Below are positions 24,222 through 35,319 of a stretch of 56,514 nucleotides of DNA, in pieces. The DNA is taken from the NCBI GenBank assembly GCA_038087875.1, contig JAXLNO010000114.1, positions 186,001-242,514 of the forward strand, given 5' to 3'. This DNA is from Malacoraja senta (Eukaryota). The position numbers were made by a program, and so were the translations under genes. How positions within the stretch are numbered: the first letter of the stretch is position 1; the number at the start of each line of letters is the position of its first letter. The notes beneath the pieces are model-generated. The model ran no database searches. It was not told where the DNA came from and was given only the letters and a program-made list of their open reading frames with translations.

Positions 24222-25339
24222 CTGCAGGAGCGGAACACAGAGGGTCAACGAGCTGGCAAACAGGACATTACAAACGTGTGAACATTACTCATGCTTGAAG
24301 GTGGGGGAGGGAGGGTAGGGTGTGTGTGAGGTGAGCGGGGGGAGTGAGGGGGCGAAATGAAGGGGTGAGGAGGGAGGGGGGAGAAGTGAGACGGGAAGGA
24401 GGGGATAGATGATGAGGAAGCAAGTGGGGAAGGGGGATGAGGATGGTGGAAGTGAGGGGAGGGGGAGGAGAGGGGGCGAGGGGGGGAAGGAGGGCAGGAT
24501 AGAAGTGGGGGCTCCGCACCGACCTGGGGGTGCCGAGCATCCAGGCACCGCGTCGAGCCGCCCGACCGCCAGCCAGCACGACCGGCACCCTGATGTCACC
24601 CCCAATCCGAGGGGGACCGCCAGTGATTGCCGCTGAGTCACCTGGGGGGGTGACATGCATCATGGGAAGAAGGTCACAGAGTGCTGCAGTAAATCAGCGG
24701 GTCGAGCAGCTTCTGAGGGAACGTTGTTAGGTGCACCATGGCCTCCCGCCGCCAGGGAGGCGCTGCAGTCGGAGGACCAGAGGGCGCCCAGACCTCCTTC
24801 CTTTCCTCACTCACTGACATCCCCGAAAGAGATGGGGGGAGGGGGAATCATGCTTTATTTTGCTTTTATTTCGTCGTCTAATTGCCGATTTTTGGCCCAA
24901 AAAACTTCACTAAAACATTTAGATCCAAGCATAAATACACAAATATATTATATCTGTCGTTAAGCACCCACTAAAATATCTCTCAATAATGCTCTTTGGT
25001 TCAGAGGATTTGTACGTTGGTGTCGGGCCTACGCTTTAGGCCCCAGGCCTGTGTTCTGGGCTTTGCCCGAAGTTCTGGAATTCCGGGCCTGTTTCGTAGG
25101 CCTCAGGGCTATTTTATAGGCTCCGGGCCTGTGTTGTGGGATCAGGGCCTGTATTTTAGGCCCCAGGCCCGTTTTGTGGGCTTTTGCCTATGTTCTGGAA
25201 CTTCCGACCTGTGTTTCGTAGGCCCCAGGGCTGTGTCATAGGCCCCATGGCTGTGTCATAAGCTCCAGGGTTGTGTCATAAACTCCAAGCCTGAGTCTTT
25301 GGCTCCAGGCCTATGTTATAGGCTCTGGGCCTGTGTTAT

Positions 25340-25545
25340 TTGTGAATTTATGGAATTCCGTGCCACAGAGGGCAGTGGGGGCCAAGTCACTGGATGGATT
25401 TAAGAGAGAGTTAGATAGAGCTCTAGGGGCTAGTGGAGTCAAGGTATATGGGGAGAAGGCAGGCACGGGTTATTGATAGGGGACAATCAGCCATGATCAC
25501 AATGAAGGGCCGAATGGCCTCCTCCTGCACTTGGTTTCTATGTTA
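25340..25545 (+). mobile_element. CR1 extreme 3' fragment
   Basis: VNLWNSVPQRAV...KRELDRALGASGVK, followed by CR1 3' UTR. Confidence 0.8.
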
Positions 25546-25881
25546 TAGGCTCCAGGCCTGTGTTATAGGCGCCGAGCCTGTGTTATGGGCTCTGGGCCAG
25601 TGTTGTAGGCTCTGGGCCAGTGTTATAGGCTCCGGACCTGTGTTTTTGTCTCCAGGCCTGTGTTGCAGGCTCCAGGCCTGTTTTATTGGCTCCGGGCCTG
25701 TGTTATAGGCTTCGGGCCTGTGTTTTTAGGCTCCGGGCCTGTGTTGTAGGCTCCAGGCTTGTGTTATAGGCTCTGGGCCTGTGTTGTAGGCTCTGGGCCT
25801 GTGTTGTAGGCTCCGGGCCTAAATTCTGGGCTTTGGCCTAAATTCTGGGCCACAGGACTGTATTATAGGCTCTGAGGGCTG

Positions 25882-26396
25882 TCAGATCACCTCCTCCATC
25901 AGGCTATCAGCAGAGAGCAGAGTCCACCCTGACTGATGTCCCGTCACCCCTTTGCTCCACATGGAAAATAACTCCTAGCCTCCATCCTGCCAACTGAGAC
26001 AAAAGCACACTGGATAGCCACCAAGTGGTCACAGGAGTGGAACGCAACCTCATCTCCATTACACAGCTACATCTCTTCACCAGATAAAAGCTGTCCAGGG
26101 TCTGACCTCCCCAGAGGAGCATGGGTGAAGCTCAACAGACTTGGGTCTGGAGTTGGGCGTTTCAATGCCAACGTGGAGATGGGGGCTCCGCCAGAGCCCA
26201 GCCTGTGAATGTGGAGCCAACCCAACGCCAGAGCCCAGCCAACCATGTCATCTCTGGGTACCCGCTCTACCACCCATCAAATGGAGCTCAGGGCCTGGCA
26301 GACATTAACGCAGAGACAACAACCTGGCTGCTCAACTTCCGGCTTGTGATCTAACTATTCCTTTGGTTTATTTATGCTTCATTCGCAAGAAGAAGG
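25882..26396 (+). mobile_element. Vingi/Ingi-like LINE 3' fragment
   Basis: PGSDLPRGAWVKLNRLGSGVGRF ... NHVISGYPLYHP ... TTWL; ends TTCATTCGCAAGAAGAAG. Confidence 0.6.
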
Positions 26397-26546
26397 GCTT
26401 TATTATAGGCTCTGGGCCTGTGCTATAGTTATAGTCTCCGGGTCTAAGTTCTGGGCTTCGGCCTAAGTTCTGGTGCCACGAGCCTGTGTTTTGTAGGCCA
26501 CAGGGCTGTATTATAGGCTCCAGGCCTGTTTTTTATGCTTTTGGAC

Positions 26547-27289
26547 CACCAGGGGCGCCAGGGAGATGGCCAGCCCTGCCGGCAGTCTGTTCGTTTTTTC
26601 ACCTGTTTGTTATTTTTAGCGTCTGTTTAAAGTTTGTTTTTATGTTCTTCGGTTTGTTTTATGTGGGGGGAGGGGGGGTGTCGAGGGAAACTTTTTTTCA
26701 AGTTCTTACCTTCCCGGAGATGTGATCAATTTTCGGATCACATTCTCCGGGCTCAGCGGCCTACCATCGCTGGAGCTGGAGTCCTCCTCGGACTGTCGTG
26801 AGCCCCACCGCGGGGCGCAGACTTAACATCGGAGCGGATCCCTTGCCTGGGATCGCTCCCACCATAGCCTGCGGACTTACCATCAATGGCCCGCAGTCTC
26901 GGGAGAGGCTCAGTCAGGAGCTCCAATGTCGCAGAAGGTTCGTCCGGCACCGACGTGAGGTTCGATCGCCCAGCGCGGGGGAGTTGACATTCCCCCGATG
27001 CAGGAGCTGAACGCCTCGACGCGGAGGGCCCAAATGCCGGCGGCTACGGGAGTCAAGACCATCCCGTCAACGGAGGCTCGAGGCCCCCGACCGAGGAAGA
27101 ACAAAAGGAAGGACTTTAACTTTAGTTCGCCTTCCATCACAGTGAGGAATGTGTAGGTGGATGTTCATGTTAAAATGTGTTTTTGCGTCTGTTGCTTTTA
27201 ATTGTATGACTAACCTGGCCAGTGAAATCACTCGTATGTTGCAATACATACTTGGCGAATAAAATCAGATTTTGATTCTGATTCTGATT
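26547..27289 (+). mobile_element. GC-rich non-coding retroposon (SINE-like), about 740 bp, copy 1
   Basis: Full-length high similarity to 38767-39476; AATAAA plus (ATTCTG)n tail. Confidence 0.8.
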
Positions 27290-27369
27290 TGGCCCAAGTT
27301 CTGGGCCTCAGAGCCTGTGTTGCAGGCCTCGGGGCTGTTTTGAAGGCTCCGGGCCTGGTTGTGGGCTTT

Positions 27370-27720
27370 GGCCTCCACTTTGTTTTCAAGGAACTGTACA
27401 TTAGCTGGTAGGATGGTAGGGAGAGGGGCTCGAAGTCCCCTGCGCTTCAGACTGACCTCTCCGATGTTTCCAGGTACTGTGTTTACTGTAACTGCAGTTT
27501 CTGCGAAACTGCGCTGGTACGGGGATTCCCTTGCAGGCGGCAGCTCCAGCTCCGTTGCTCCTGGAAGATCCTGCCCGTCGGCTCCGGAGATCTTCCCGGT
27601 GTTTCTAGGTACAGTACCTGTGATCCTCAGTCGGGTTGGGGGGTCCAGCGATCGAGGGGTCGTTTACAGGCGGGGGTTCACATAGCTGCAGGAGATCGCG
27701 ATATCGCTAGTGCATTCAAG
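27370..27720 (-). mobile_element. Rex/Babar-type LINE 5' fragment
   Basis: Minus strand encodes KRRGLRAPLPTILPANVQFLENKVE, resembling the start of the Rex1 APE domain. Confidence 0.6.
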
Positions 27721-27810
27721 TGAGAGAGGGGGGGTGGAGATGGGGAAGGGGGGGAGGGGGAGGAGGGGAGGGGAAGGGAACACACGGTTGAAGATGAGTT
27801 TTACTAATAT

Positions 27811-29146
27811 TCTAGACCAAGTGGGACCCGTTGGGACCCGTCCCCCAACACGGGGGGTGGAGGGTGGAGCGCGCGGTTTCACACGGGAGGGCTGGTCCCA
27901 GAACACCATATTCCACCACACACCAATAACCCCCAAATGCGCGGGTGCGGCTGAATGGTTCCTGTTGTGACATAACCCCCCACACACAAACTAACCCCCC
28001 CACACACACTAACCTCCCCCACACAAACTAACCCCCCCCCCACACACACACACTAACCCCCCACACACACACTAACCACCCCACACACACTAACCCCCCC
28101 ACACACTAACCCCCCACACACACACTAACCCCCACACACACACTAACCCCCCCACACACACACTAACCCCCCCCACACACTAACCCACCACACACACACA
28201 CTAACCCCCCACACACACACTAACCCCCCACACACACACTAACCCCCCACACACACTAACCCCCCCCCACACACACTAATCCCCACACACACTAACCTCC
28301 CCACACACACTAACCCCCCACATTCTAACCCCCACACACTAACCGCCCCCACACACACACAAGCCTCCCCACACACACTAACCCCTCACACACACTAACC
28401 CCCACACACACGAACCCCCCCACCCACACTAACCCCCCACACGCACACTAACCCCCCCCCCCACACACTAACCCCCCCCCCCCACACACACTAACCCCCC
28501 ACACACACTAAACACCCCACACTAACCCCCCCACACACACTAACCCTCACACACACACTAACCCCCCACACATACTAACCCCCCCCCCCCTTGATATTAT
28601 ATTAATATTATTTATTGGCTCCTTTTACCCCATCCCCGCCATATCCACTCACGCATACTCCCAACTCGCAGGCGCGCCTAGAGAGGGAGAGGTGGGGGGG
28701 GGGGCAGTAGAGAGAGAAGGCAGAGACAGAGGGGACAGAGACTGAGAGAGGGAGGGGGCAGAGAGAGAGGGAGGAGTCGAGTGAGGGGGGGAAGGGAGGG
28801 GTGGAGTGAGGGGGGGGGATGAAGAGAGAGCCCAAGTGAGAGAGGGGCAGGGGGGAGAGAGAGGAGGGGGGGAGAGAGAGGAGAGGGAGAAAGAGGACTG
28901 GGCAGAGAGAGAAGAGGGGGGAGAGAGAGGGTGGGGGAGGGGGTGTAGTCTGGGGGGAGGGGGTGGAAGAGAGCCCCCAACTCGCAGGCGCGTCTAGAGG
29001 GGGAGAGGAGAGAGAGAGGGCAGACATAGAGCGAGGGGAGGGAGAGAGGGGGTCATTCCTTCGAGAAGATGTGACAACACACAAACAAATAAATAAACAC
29101 ATACACACACACACATCCATGATCCGAGTTTTATAATTATGGAGAT
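27811..29146 (+). mobile_element. Putative non-autonomous Helitron/Helentron-like element with internal minisatellite
   Basis: 5' CTAGACCAAGTGGGACCCGTTGGG; 3' (CA)n...CCGAGTTTTATAATTATGGAGAT; no TSD seen. Confidence 0.45.
27972..28590 (+). repeat. (CACACTAACCCCC)n minisatellite
   Basis: Roughly 30 variable units of (CA)n followed by CTAACCC(C)n. Confidence 0.92.
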
Positions 29147-29176
29147 TGCGATACAGATATAGAGGAAAGCTTATCG

Positions 29177-29725
29177 TTCAAATTTATTGTCACATGCACC
29201 AATTAAGGTACAGTGATATTTGAGTTACCATACAGCCATACTAAGTAAAAAGCAACAAGACACACAGCCACATAAAATAAAAGTTAACAAAACATCCACC
29301 ACAGCGGAATCCACACTCCTCACTGTGATGGAAGTGTTCAATCACAGAATAAAGTTCAATCATCTTCCTCGTTTGTTCACCCGTGGTCGGGGCTGTTGAA
29401 CCCTCCGCAGTCGCCACTGCCGACAGTCCGATGTCCGAAGCCATCACGTCGGGATGACGGAAACTCCGGCGTCGGGAAGGATTGGAACACTCCGCAGCAT
29501 GGAGCTCCTGAGTCGGCCTCTTCTTATCGGAGACCGCGGGCTTCACAGTGTTAAAGTCCACAGGCCCCGAGGTTGGAGCTCCGCACGGGCGATCCTCGGC
29601 AAAGGAGATAAATCGCATCTCCGTCGAGTTAAGTAACTGAAAAAAAGTTTCCCCCAATTCCCCCTCCCCTCCCCATGTAAAACAAACCTAGAAACACTAA
29701 AACATACTTTTAAAACATACTTAAA
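29177..29725 (-). mobile_element. GC-rich non-coding retroposon, second subfamily
   Basis: Shares its 3' end (TATGGCTGTATGGTAAC...TGCATGTGACAATAAA) with 39945-40762. Confidence 0.7.
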
Positions 29726-30745
29726 ATGCGGGAATCGGTGACTCCGGATAATCCTGACGCCTTTCGCCAGCGAGAAAAAGACAGGAATGACAAAGACAGG
29801 GTCCACGAGGGAGTGGTGGCTGTCCGTTTAATTTGGAGAATTCAATGTTCATGTCATTGGGCTGGAAGCTATGAGGTGCTGTCCCTCCAGTTTCCACTCT
29901 GACAATGGAGAAGGCCCAGGACAGAAAGACCAGTGTGGGAATGGGAATGGGAAGGGGAGTTAAAATAGTTGGCAACCGGGAGATCCAGCAGGCTTTGGCG
30001 GACGGAGCGCAAGTGCAGGGTGAAATGCACGCCTAGTCTAGATACAAGGAACTGCAGATGCTGGTTTACAAAAAGAGACACAATCTCATGGAGTAACTTA
30101 CACCTCTGGAGAGTATGGACAGGCAACATTCTAGGTCAGGATCCTTCTTCAGACTGCTTGGTGTGGGGGGTGGAGAAAGTTGGAAATGAGAGGCAGCCTG
30201 ACCCACTGAGTCCCTCCACAGCTTTAGAGGGAATGGACAGATGACGTTTTGAGTCAGGACCCTTCTTCAGACTGATTGGAGAGAGTGGGGGGAGGAAGCT
30301 GGTAAAGAGATATGGGGCTGGACAAAGCCAGGCAAGTGATAGGTGGATACCAAATGATGGAGTAACTCAGTGGGACAGGCACCATCTCTAGAGAGAAGGA
30401 ATGGGTGATGTTTCAGGTTAAGACCCTTCTTCAGAAGTGATAGGTGGATATAGGTGAGGGAGATACAAGAAACTGCAGATGCTGGAATCTTGCATAGAAC
30501 ACAATTTAGTTAGATGCACAGAATCTCTTGCCAAGAGTGGGGGAATTGAGGACCAGAGGACATAGGTTCAAGGTGAAGGAGAAAAGTTTAAGAAACAGTT
30601 ATAGACAGGTACATAGATAGGCCAGGTTTGGAGAGATATGGACCAACTGCAGGCAGGTATGACTAGTGTAGCTGGGACATGTTGGTCGGTGTGGGCAAGT
30701 TGGGTCGAAGTAGAGTTTCCACACTGTATCACTCTATGACTCTGA

Positions 30746-31035
30746 CACAAAGTGCTGCAGTAACTCAGCGGGTCAGGCAGCATCTCTGGAGAACATGGAT
30801 AGGTGACGTTTCACAGAGTGCTGGAGTAACTCAGCAGGTCAGGCAGCATCTGTGGAGAACATGGATAGGTGACGTTTCACAGAGAGCTGCAGTAACTCAA
30901 TGGGTCAGGCAGCATCTGTGGGGAACATGGATAGGTGACATTTCACAGAGTGCTGGAGTAACTCAGCGGGTCAGGCAGCATCTATGGGGAACATGGATAG
31001 GTGATATTTCGGGTAAGGATCCTTCTTCAGACTGA
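30746..31035 (-). repeat. 66-bp tandem repeat (4 units) derived from the Penelope-type terminal repeat
   Basis: Units start at 30746, 30812, 30878 and 30944; followed by a hammerhead-like core at about 31005-31031. Confidence 0.88.
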
Positions 31036-31439
31036 AATTATGTTAACAAATGAGGGGGTGATCGGCAGATGAGTGAAGTGACAGAGGCGAGGGAACATAA
31101 GGAGATAAAAGGATGTGAGATAAGGAGAGAGGAATGTTTATGTGCAGCTTTAAGGGACATTGGTCAGGTAGCATTTGGAGTATTGCATACAGTTCTGGTC
31201 ACTCCATTACAGGACTGATGTGGAGAATTTGGGGAAGATGCCGAGATGGTTAACCAGAATGGTTTAAAAACAAGGAACTGCAGATGCTGGTTTACATAAA
31301 AGGACACAAAATGCTGGAATAACTCAGCGGGTCAGGCAGCATCTCTGGAGAGAAGGACTGGGTGACATTTCGGGTTGAGACTGAGGAGGGTCTCGACAAG
31401 AAACATTACCCATTCCTTCCAGCATTTTGTCTCTACCTA

Positions 31440-32758
31440 AACAGCACCTATCTATCCACATCACAGTGTGCCAGCAGGCTGGAGGAGCAGGCAAAGACCT
31501 TGCCACTGTGCGGGCAGGTGAAGGGGCGCTGGCCGGTGTGGACTCGCCAGTGTTCCAGCAAGTGGTCAAGGTGGGTGAAGCCCTTACCACAGGACGGGCA
31601 GGGGAAGGGACACTCACGGCTGTGGGTACGCCGGTGCTGCCACAGGCTGGACATGCGGGTGAAACCCTTGCCACTCTCAGCACACACAAAGGGTCTCTCT
31701 CTGGTGTGTATCCGCTGGTGGTCCCGCAGCCCCCGTGCTCTCTTGTCACAGTGGGAGCAGCTGCTCGCCGACATGGGCCCGCAGCTGCTGCTACCCCCGC
31801 GAGCTGTCAAACTCCGCACCACAGTACGGGCAGTCGTAGGGCTGACCACTGTTGTGCACGTGCTGGTGAGACAGGGTGTGGGAGGCCATGGCAAAACGCT
31901 CTCCACACACCGGGCTGGGGACGGGACTGTCGCCGGCATGCACCCGCTGGTGGGACAGCAGTCGGGTGGAGCTGGTGAAGCCCTTGCCGCACTGGGCACA
32001 GGTGTAAGGACGCTCGCCGGTGTAGGTGCACTGGTGCTCCAGCAGGTTACTGTATTGGGTGAAGTCCTTGCCGCACTGGGCACAGGTGTAGGGGTGCTCG
32101 CTGGTGTGGGTGCGCTGGTGCTCCTGCAGGCTGCTGGAGTGGGTGAAGTCCTTGCCGCACTGGGCACAGGTGTAAGGATGCTTGCTGGTGTGGGTGCGCT
32201 TGTGGTTCAGCAGGTCGCTGGAGCGGGTGAAGCCCTTGCCGCAGTCACTGCAGGTGAAGGGCCGCTCCCCGGTATGCAACCGCCTGTGCACCTTCATGGC
32301 CGTGGACGACTTGAAGCCTTTGCTGCAGTCGGAGCAGGTGAAGGGCCGCTCACTGCTGTGCACCCGCTGGTGGTCCCGCAGCCCCGACAACTGGGTAAAG
32401 CACTTGCCGCATGTGGAGCAGCCATAGGGCTTCTCACCCATGTGCACTTGCCGGTGGGTCACCAGGATATTCGCCCTCTTGAAACTCTTGCCACACTCCG
32501 AGCAGTCGAAGTGGCGTTCTCCCGTGTGCACCCGTCGGTGGGTCTCCAGCTGGCTCGGGCTTTGCCAGGCCTTGCCACACGCGTCGCACTCATAACGCTT
32601 CTCCTTGTTGTGCCCCGTCATGTGATCCTCCATCGAAGATCAGCCCCTCGAAGCTCAGCCCGCACACCGAGCTGATGGGGGGGCTCACCGGCACCCTGGC
32701 CACCCTCAATGGCCGCTCACGACCCCGTCTCTCCGTCCACAGCAACAGCCCCTAAACC
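31440..32758 (-). pseudogene. C2H2 zinc-finger array exon, copy B (open for 280 aa at 32633-31791, then frameshifted)
   Basis: Acceptor at 32759-32760 and ATG at 32633; 7 canonical plus 2 degenerate fingers before the stop; more fingers out of frame down to about 31450. Could still encode a truncated protein. Confidence 0.85.
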
Positions 32759-32868
32759 CTGCAGGTGGGGAACACAGAGGGTCATCAAGCTGGCAAACAG
32801 GACATTATAAGCACATATTGAGTGTGTTTATGGCGGAGGAAACCGTTACATAATTCTGCGCGGCAATC

Positions 32869-33177
32869 TGGCGCACCGGTACGGTTGCTGCCTCACCACC
32901 AGAGATCCGGGCTCGATCCTGAGTACGGGTGCTGCCTGTGCTGAGATTGTACATTCTCGCCTTAACCTGCGTGGATTTTTACTCCGGGAGCTCCGGTTTC
33001 TTCCAACATTTCAAAGACGTTCAGGGTTGTAGATTAATCGGCCTCCGCAAAATTGCTGAATTGTCCCTAATGTGCGTGGGATAGTGCTAGTGTACGGGGT
33101 GATCACTGGTCGGCGCGGACTCCGCGGGCTGAAAGACCTGTTGTTTCCGAGTTGCATCTCGAAACTAAAACTAAACC
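32869..33177 (+). mobile_element. tRNA-derived SINE (HE1/V-SINE-like)
   Basis: Box-B-like GGCTCGATCC, V-domain-like TGCGTGGATTTT...GCTCCGGTTTC core, CR1-like 3' end with (TAAAC) tail. Confidence 0.75.
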
Positions 33178-33429
33178 AAACAAGGGTGTCGACCCAAAAC
33201 GCCACCCATTCCTTCTCTCCACAGATGCTGCCTGACCCGCTGAGTTACTCCAGCACTTTGTGTCTATCTTCTCCACAGATGCTGCCTGACCCGCTGAGTT
33301 ACTGAAGCACTTTGTCATAGAGTCATAGAGTGATACAGCATTGGAAAGAGGCCATTTAGCCCTGCATACTCGCACTCCTAGATCCCTCGGCTCCTCACAT
33401 TCTGCAAGGCTCAGAGTTCAGAGTCATAG

Positions 33430-33974
33430 TCAGACCACACCTGGAGTATTGTATGCAGTTTTGGTCCCCTAATTTGAGGAAGGACATTCTTGCTATTGAG
33501 GGAGAGCAGCGTAGGTTTACAAAGTTAATTCCCGGGATAGCGGGACTGTCATATGCTGAGAGAATGGATCAGCTGGGCTTGTACACTCTGGAGTTTAGAA
33601 CGATGAGAGGGGATCCTATAGAAACATATAAGGGTTATGGGTTTGGACATGCTAGAGGCAGGAAATGTGTTCCCGATGTTGGGGGAGTCCAGAACCAGGG
33701 GCCACAGTTTAAGAATTAGGGGTAAGCCATTTAGAACGGAGACGAGGAAACACTTTTCACAACAGAGTTGTGAGTGTGGAATTCTCTGCCTCAGAGGGCG
33801 ATGGAGGCCGGTTCTCTGGATACTTTCAAGGGAGAGCTAGATAGGGCGGAGTCAAGGGATATGGGGAGAAGGCAGGAACGGGGTACTGATTCGGGATGAT
33901 CAGCCATGATTACATTGAATGGCGGTGCTGGCTCAAAGGGCCGAATGGCGTACTCCTGCACATACTGTCTATTG
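33430..33974 (+). mobile_element. CR1 3' fragment inserted in the left arm of an inverted repeat
   Basis: CR1 motifs; the right arm shows the empty site CACATTC|CCCCAGCG. Confidence 0.9.
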
Positions 33975-34603
33975 CCCCAGCGCCCCGCCATTCAGTGAAG
34001 ATCCTGCCCTAGTTTGACTTCCTAAACTGCAACACCCTCCCCACCCCCAAACAATGTGACCTCCTCCCTGTGACCCTCCCTGCCCCTTACCCCTGCCGCC
34101 TCCTGCTCCTTACCCCCCTTTGCTCCCTCCCCACCCCCAAACAGAGTGAACCCCCACCAGGCTCCCTACCCACTTCCTTGACTCACTTGACCCCTCTCTC
34201 TCCCCCCCAGTTCCCTGCCCCCCATTCATCACCCTCGGCACCAAACCCACTCCCCCTTGAATCCCTCCCCCCTCCCTTTGCTCCCTGCTTCACCCCGCTA
34301 CTCACTTCACCCCTTTTCCAACCCCCAGCCTCAGCCCCCCTCCCTCCCTCCCCCGGACTGTCTCCTCTCTCTCTGACCCTTATTCCTGCCCCTCTCAGCC
34401 TCCCACCGCTCAGATATCTCTCTCTCCCTCTCCCTTCCGAACTATCTATCCTCAACTCTCCACCTCTCTCTCTCCCTCCCTTCTCTCTCCATCCCTCTAT
34501 CTCTCTACCCCTCTCTCTCTCTACCCCTCTCTCTCTCTCTCTCTACCCACACTCTCTCTCCACCCATATCTCTCTCCTCCCCTCCTCTCTCTCTCTCTCT
34601 CTC

Positions 34604-34670
<67 letters not shown>

Positions 34671-34949
34671 GTCTGTCTCTCTCTCCCTCCCTCTCTCTCT
34701 CCTCACACTCTCTCCCTCTCCCCCCACTTTCTCTCACCCTATCGTTCTCTCTCTTTCTCCCTCACTCTCTCTGCCTCCCTCACTCACTCTCTCTCTCCCT
34801 CCCTCTCGCTCCCGCCTCTCTCTCTCTCTCTCTCCCCACATGCACTCTCTCCCCACTCTCTCTCTCTTGTTCTCTCCCTCTCCCTCAATCCTTCTCTCTC
34901 TATCTCCCCCTATCTCTCTCTTTCTCTTTCTCTGTCCCTCTCTCTCACC

Positions 34950-35285
34950 ATCCAGTGCGGGTCGGCTCCATCTTGGCCGTGGCGTCATTTCCGGGCGGAG
35001 GCCCCTGCGCCGCCTGGTCTCTCTGTCTCCGGGGCAACGGGCAGCGGGCGGGCGGGATGAGCCGTGAGTATCCGGGCCGGGCCGGGCGCGGTGAGTGAGA
35101 GGCTCCGGTGGATCAGGGCGGGCGGGGCGGGGCGGGGCGGGGGGATTCGGTGCGCGCGGCGGGTCGGGGTCCAGGCCGCGGCCTCGCACCCGGGAGACAG
35201 TCGATGGGCCTGGGGTTGGCGGAGCTCGGGGAGCCGGGCCTGGGCCCGGGGTCGGGCCTGCGCCGGGGTCCCGCCTCCGCAACAC
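34950..35285 (+). promoter_or_regulatory. CpG-island promoter / first-exon-like sequence
   Basis: YY1-like CCATCTT, CRE/ETS-like GCGTCATTTCCGG, tandem GC boxes, two GTGAGT donors at about 35063 and 35090. Confidence 0.6.
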
Positions 35286-35319
35286 GACCATCAATCTCGG
35301 GTGTGGCTGATGGGTGGGC

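Larger units (their letters stand above)
25020..27375 (+). repeat. 20-bp minisatellite (AGGCTCCGGGCCTGTGTTAT)n, interrupted by three TE insertions
   Basis: Many degenerate tandem units; clearest at 25545-25880. Confidence 0.88.

Noticed and set aside
25020..27375. Repeat units with intervening unique segments, superficially CRISPR-like
   Set aside because: Units are directly tandem and degenerate, the intervening segments are TEs, the context is eukaryotic, and there are no cas genes.
27972..28590. True interstitial telomere
   Set aside because: No contiguous (CCCTAA)n; each unit is separated by CA runs.
30679..31035. ORF with 22-aa repeats
   Set aside because: A by-product of the 66-bp TE-derived tandem repeat.
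31362..32675. 437-aa plus-strand ORF (also 17765-18550 minus)
   Set aside because: Antisense shadow of GC-rich zinc-finger codons.
34070..35098. Long Leu/Ser/Pro-rich ORFs (also 48093-50036, 51462-52220, 14102-14725)
   Set aside because: Translations of CT-rich low-complexity DNA or of the N gap.
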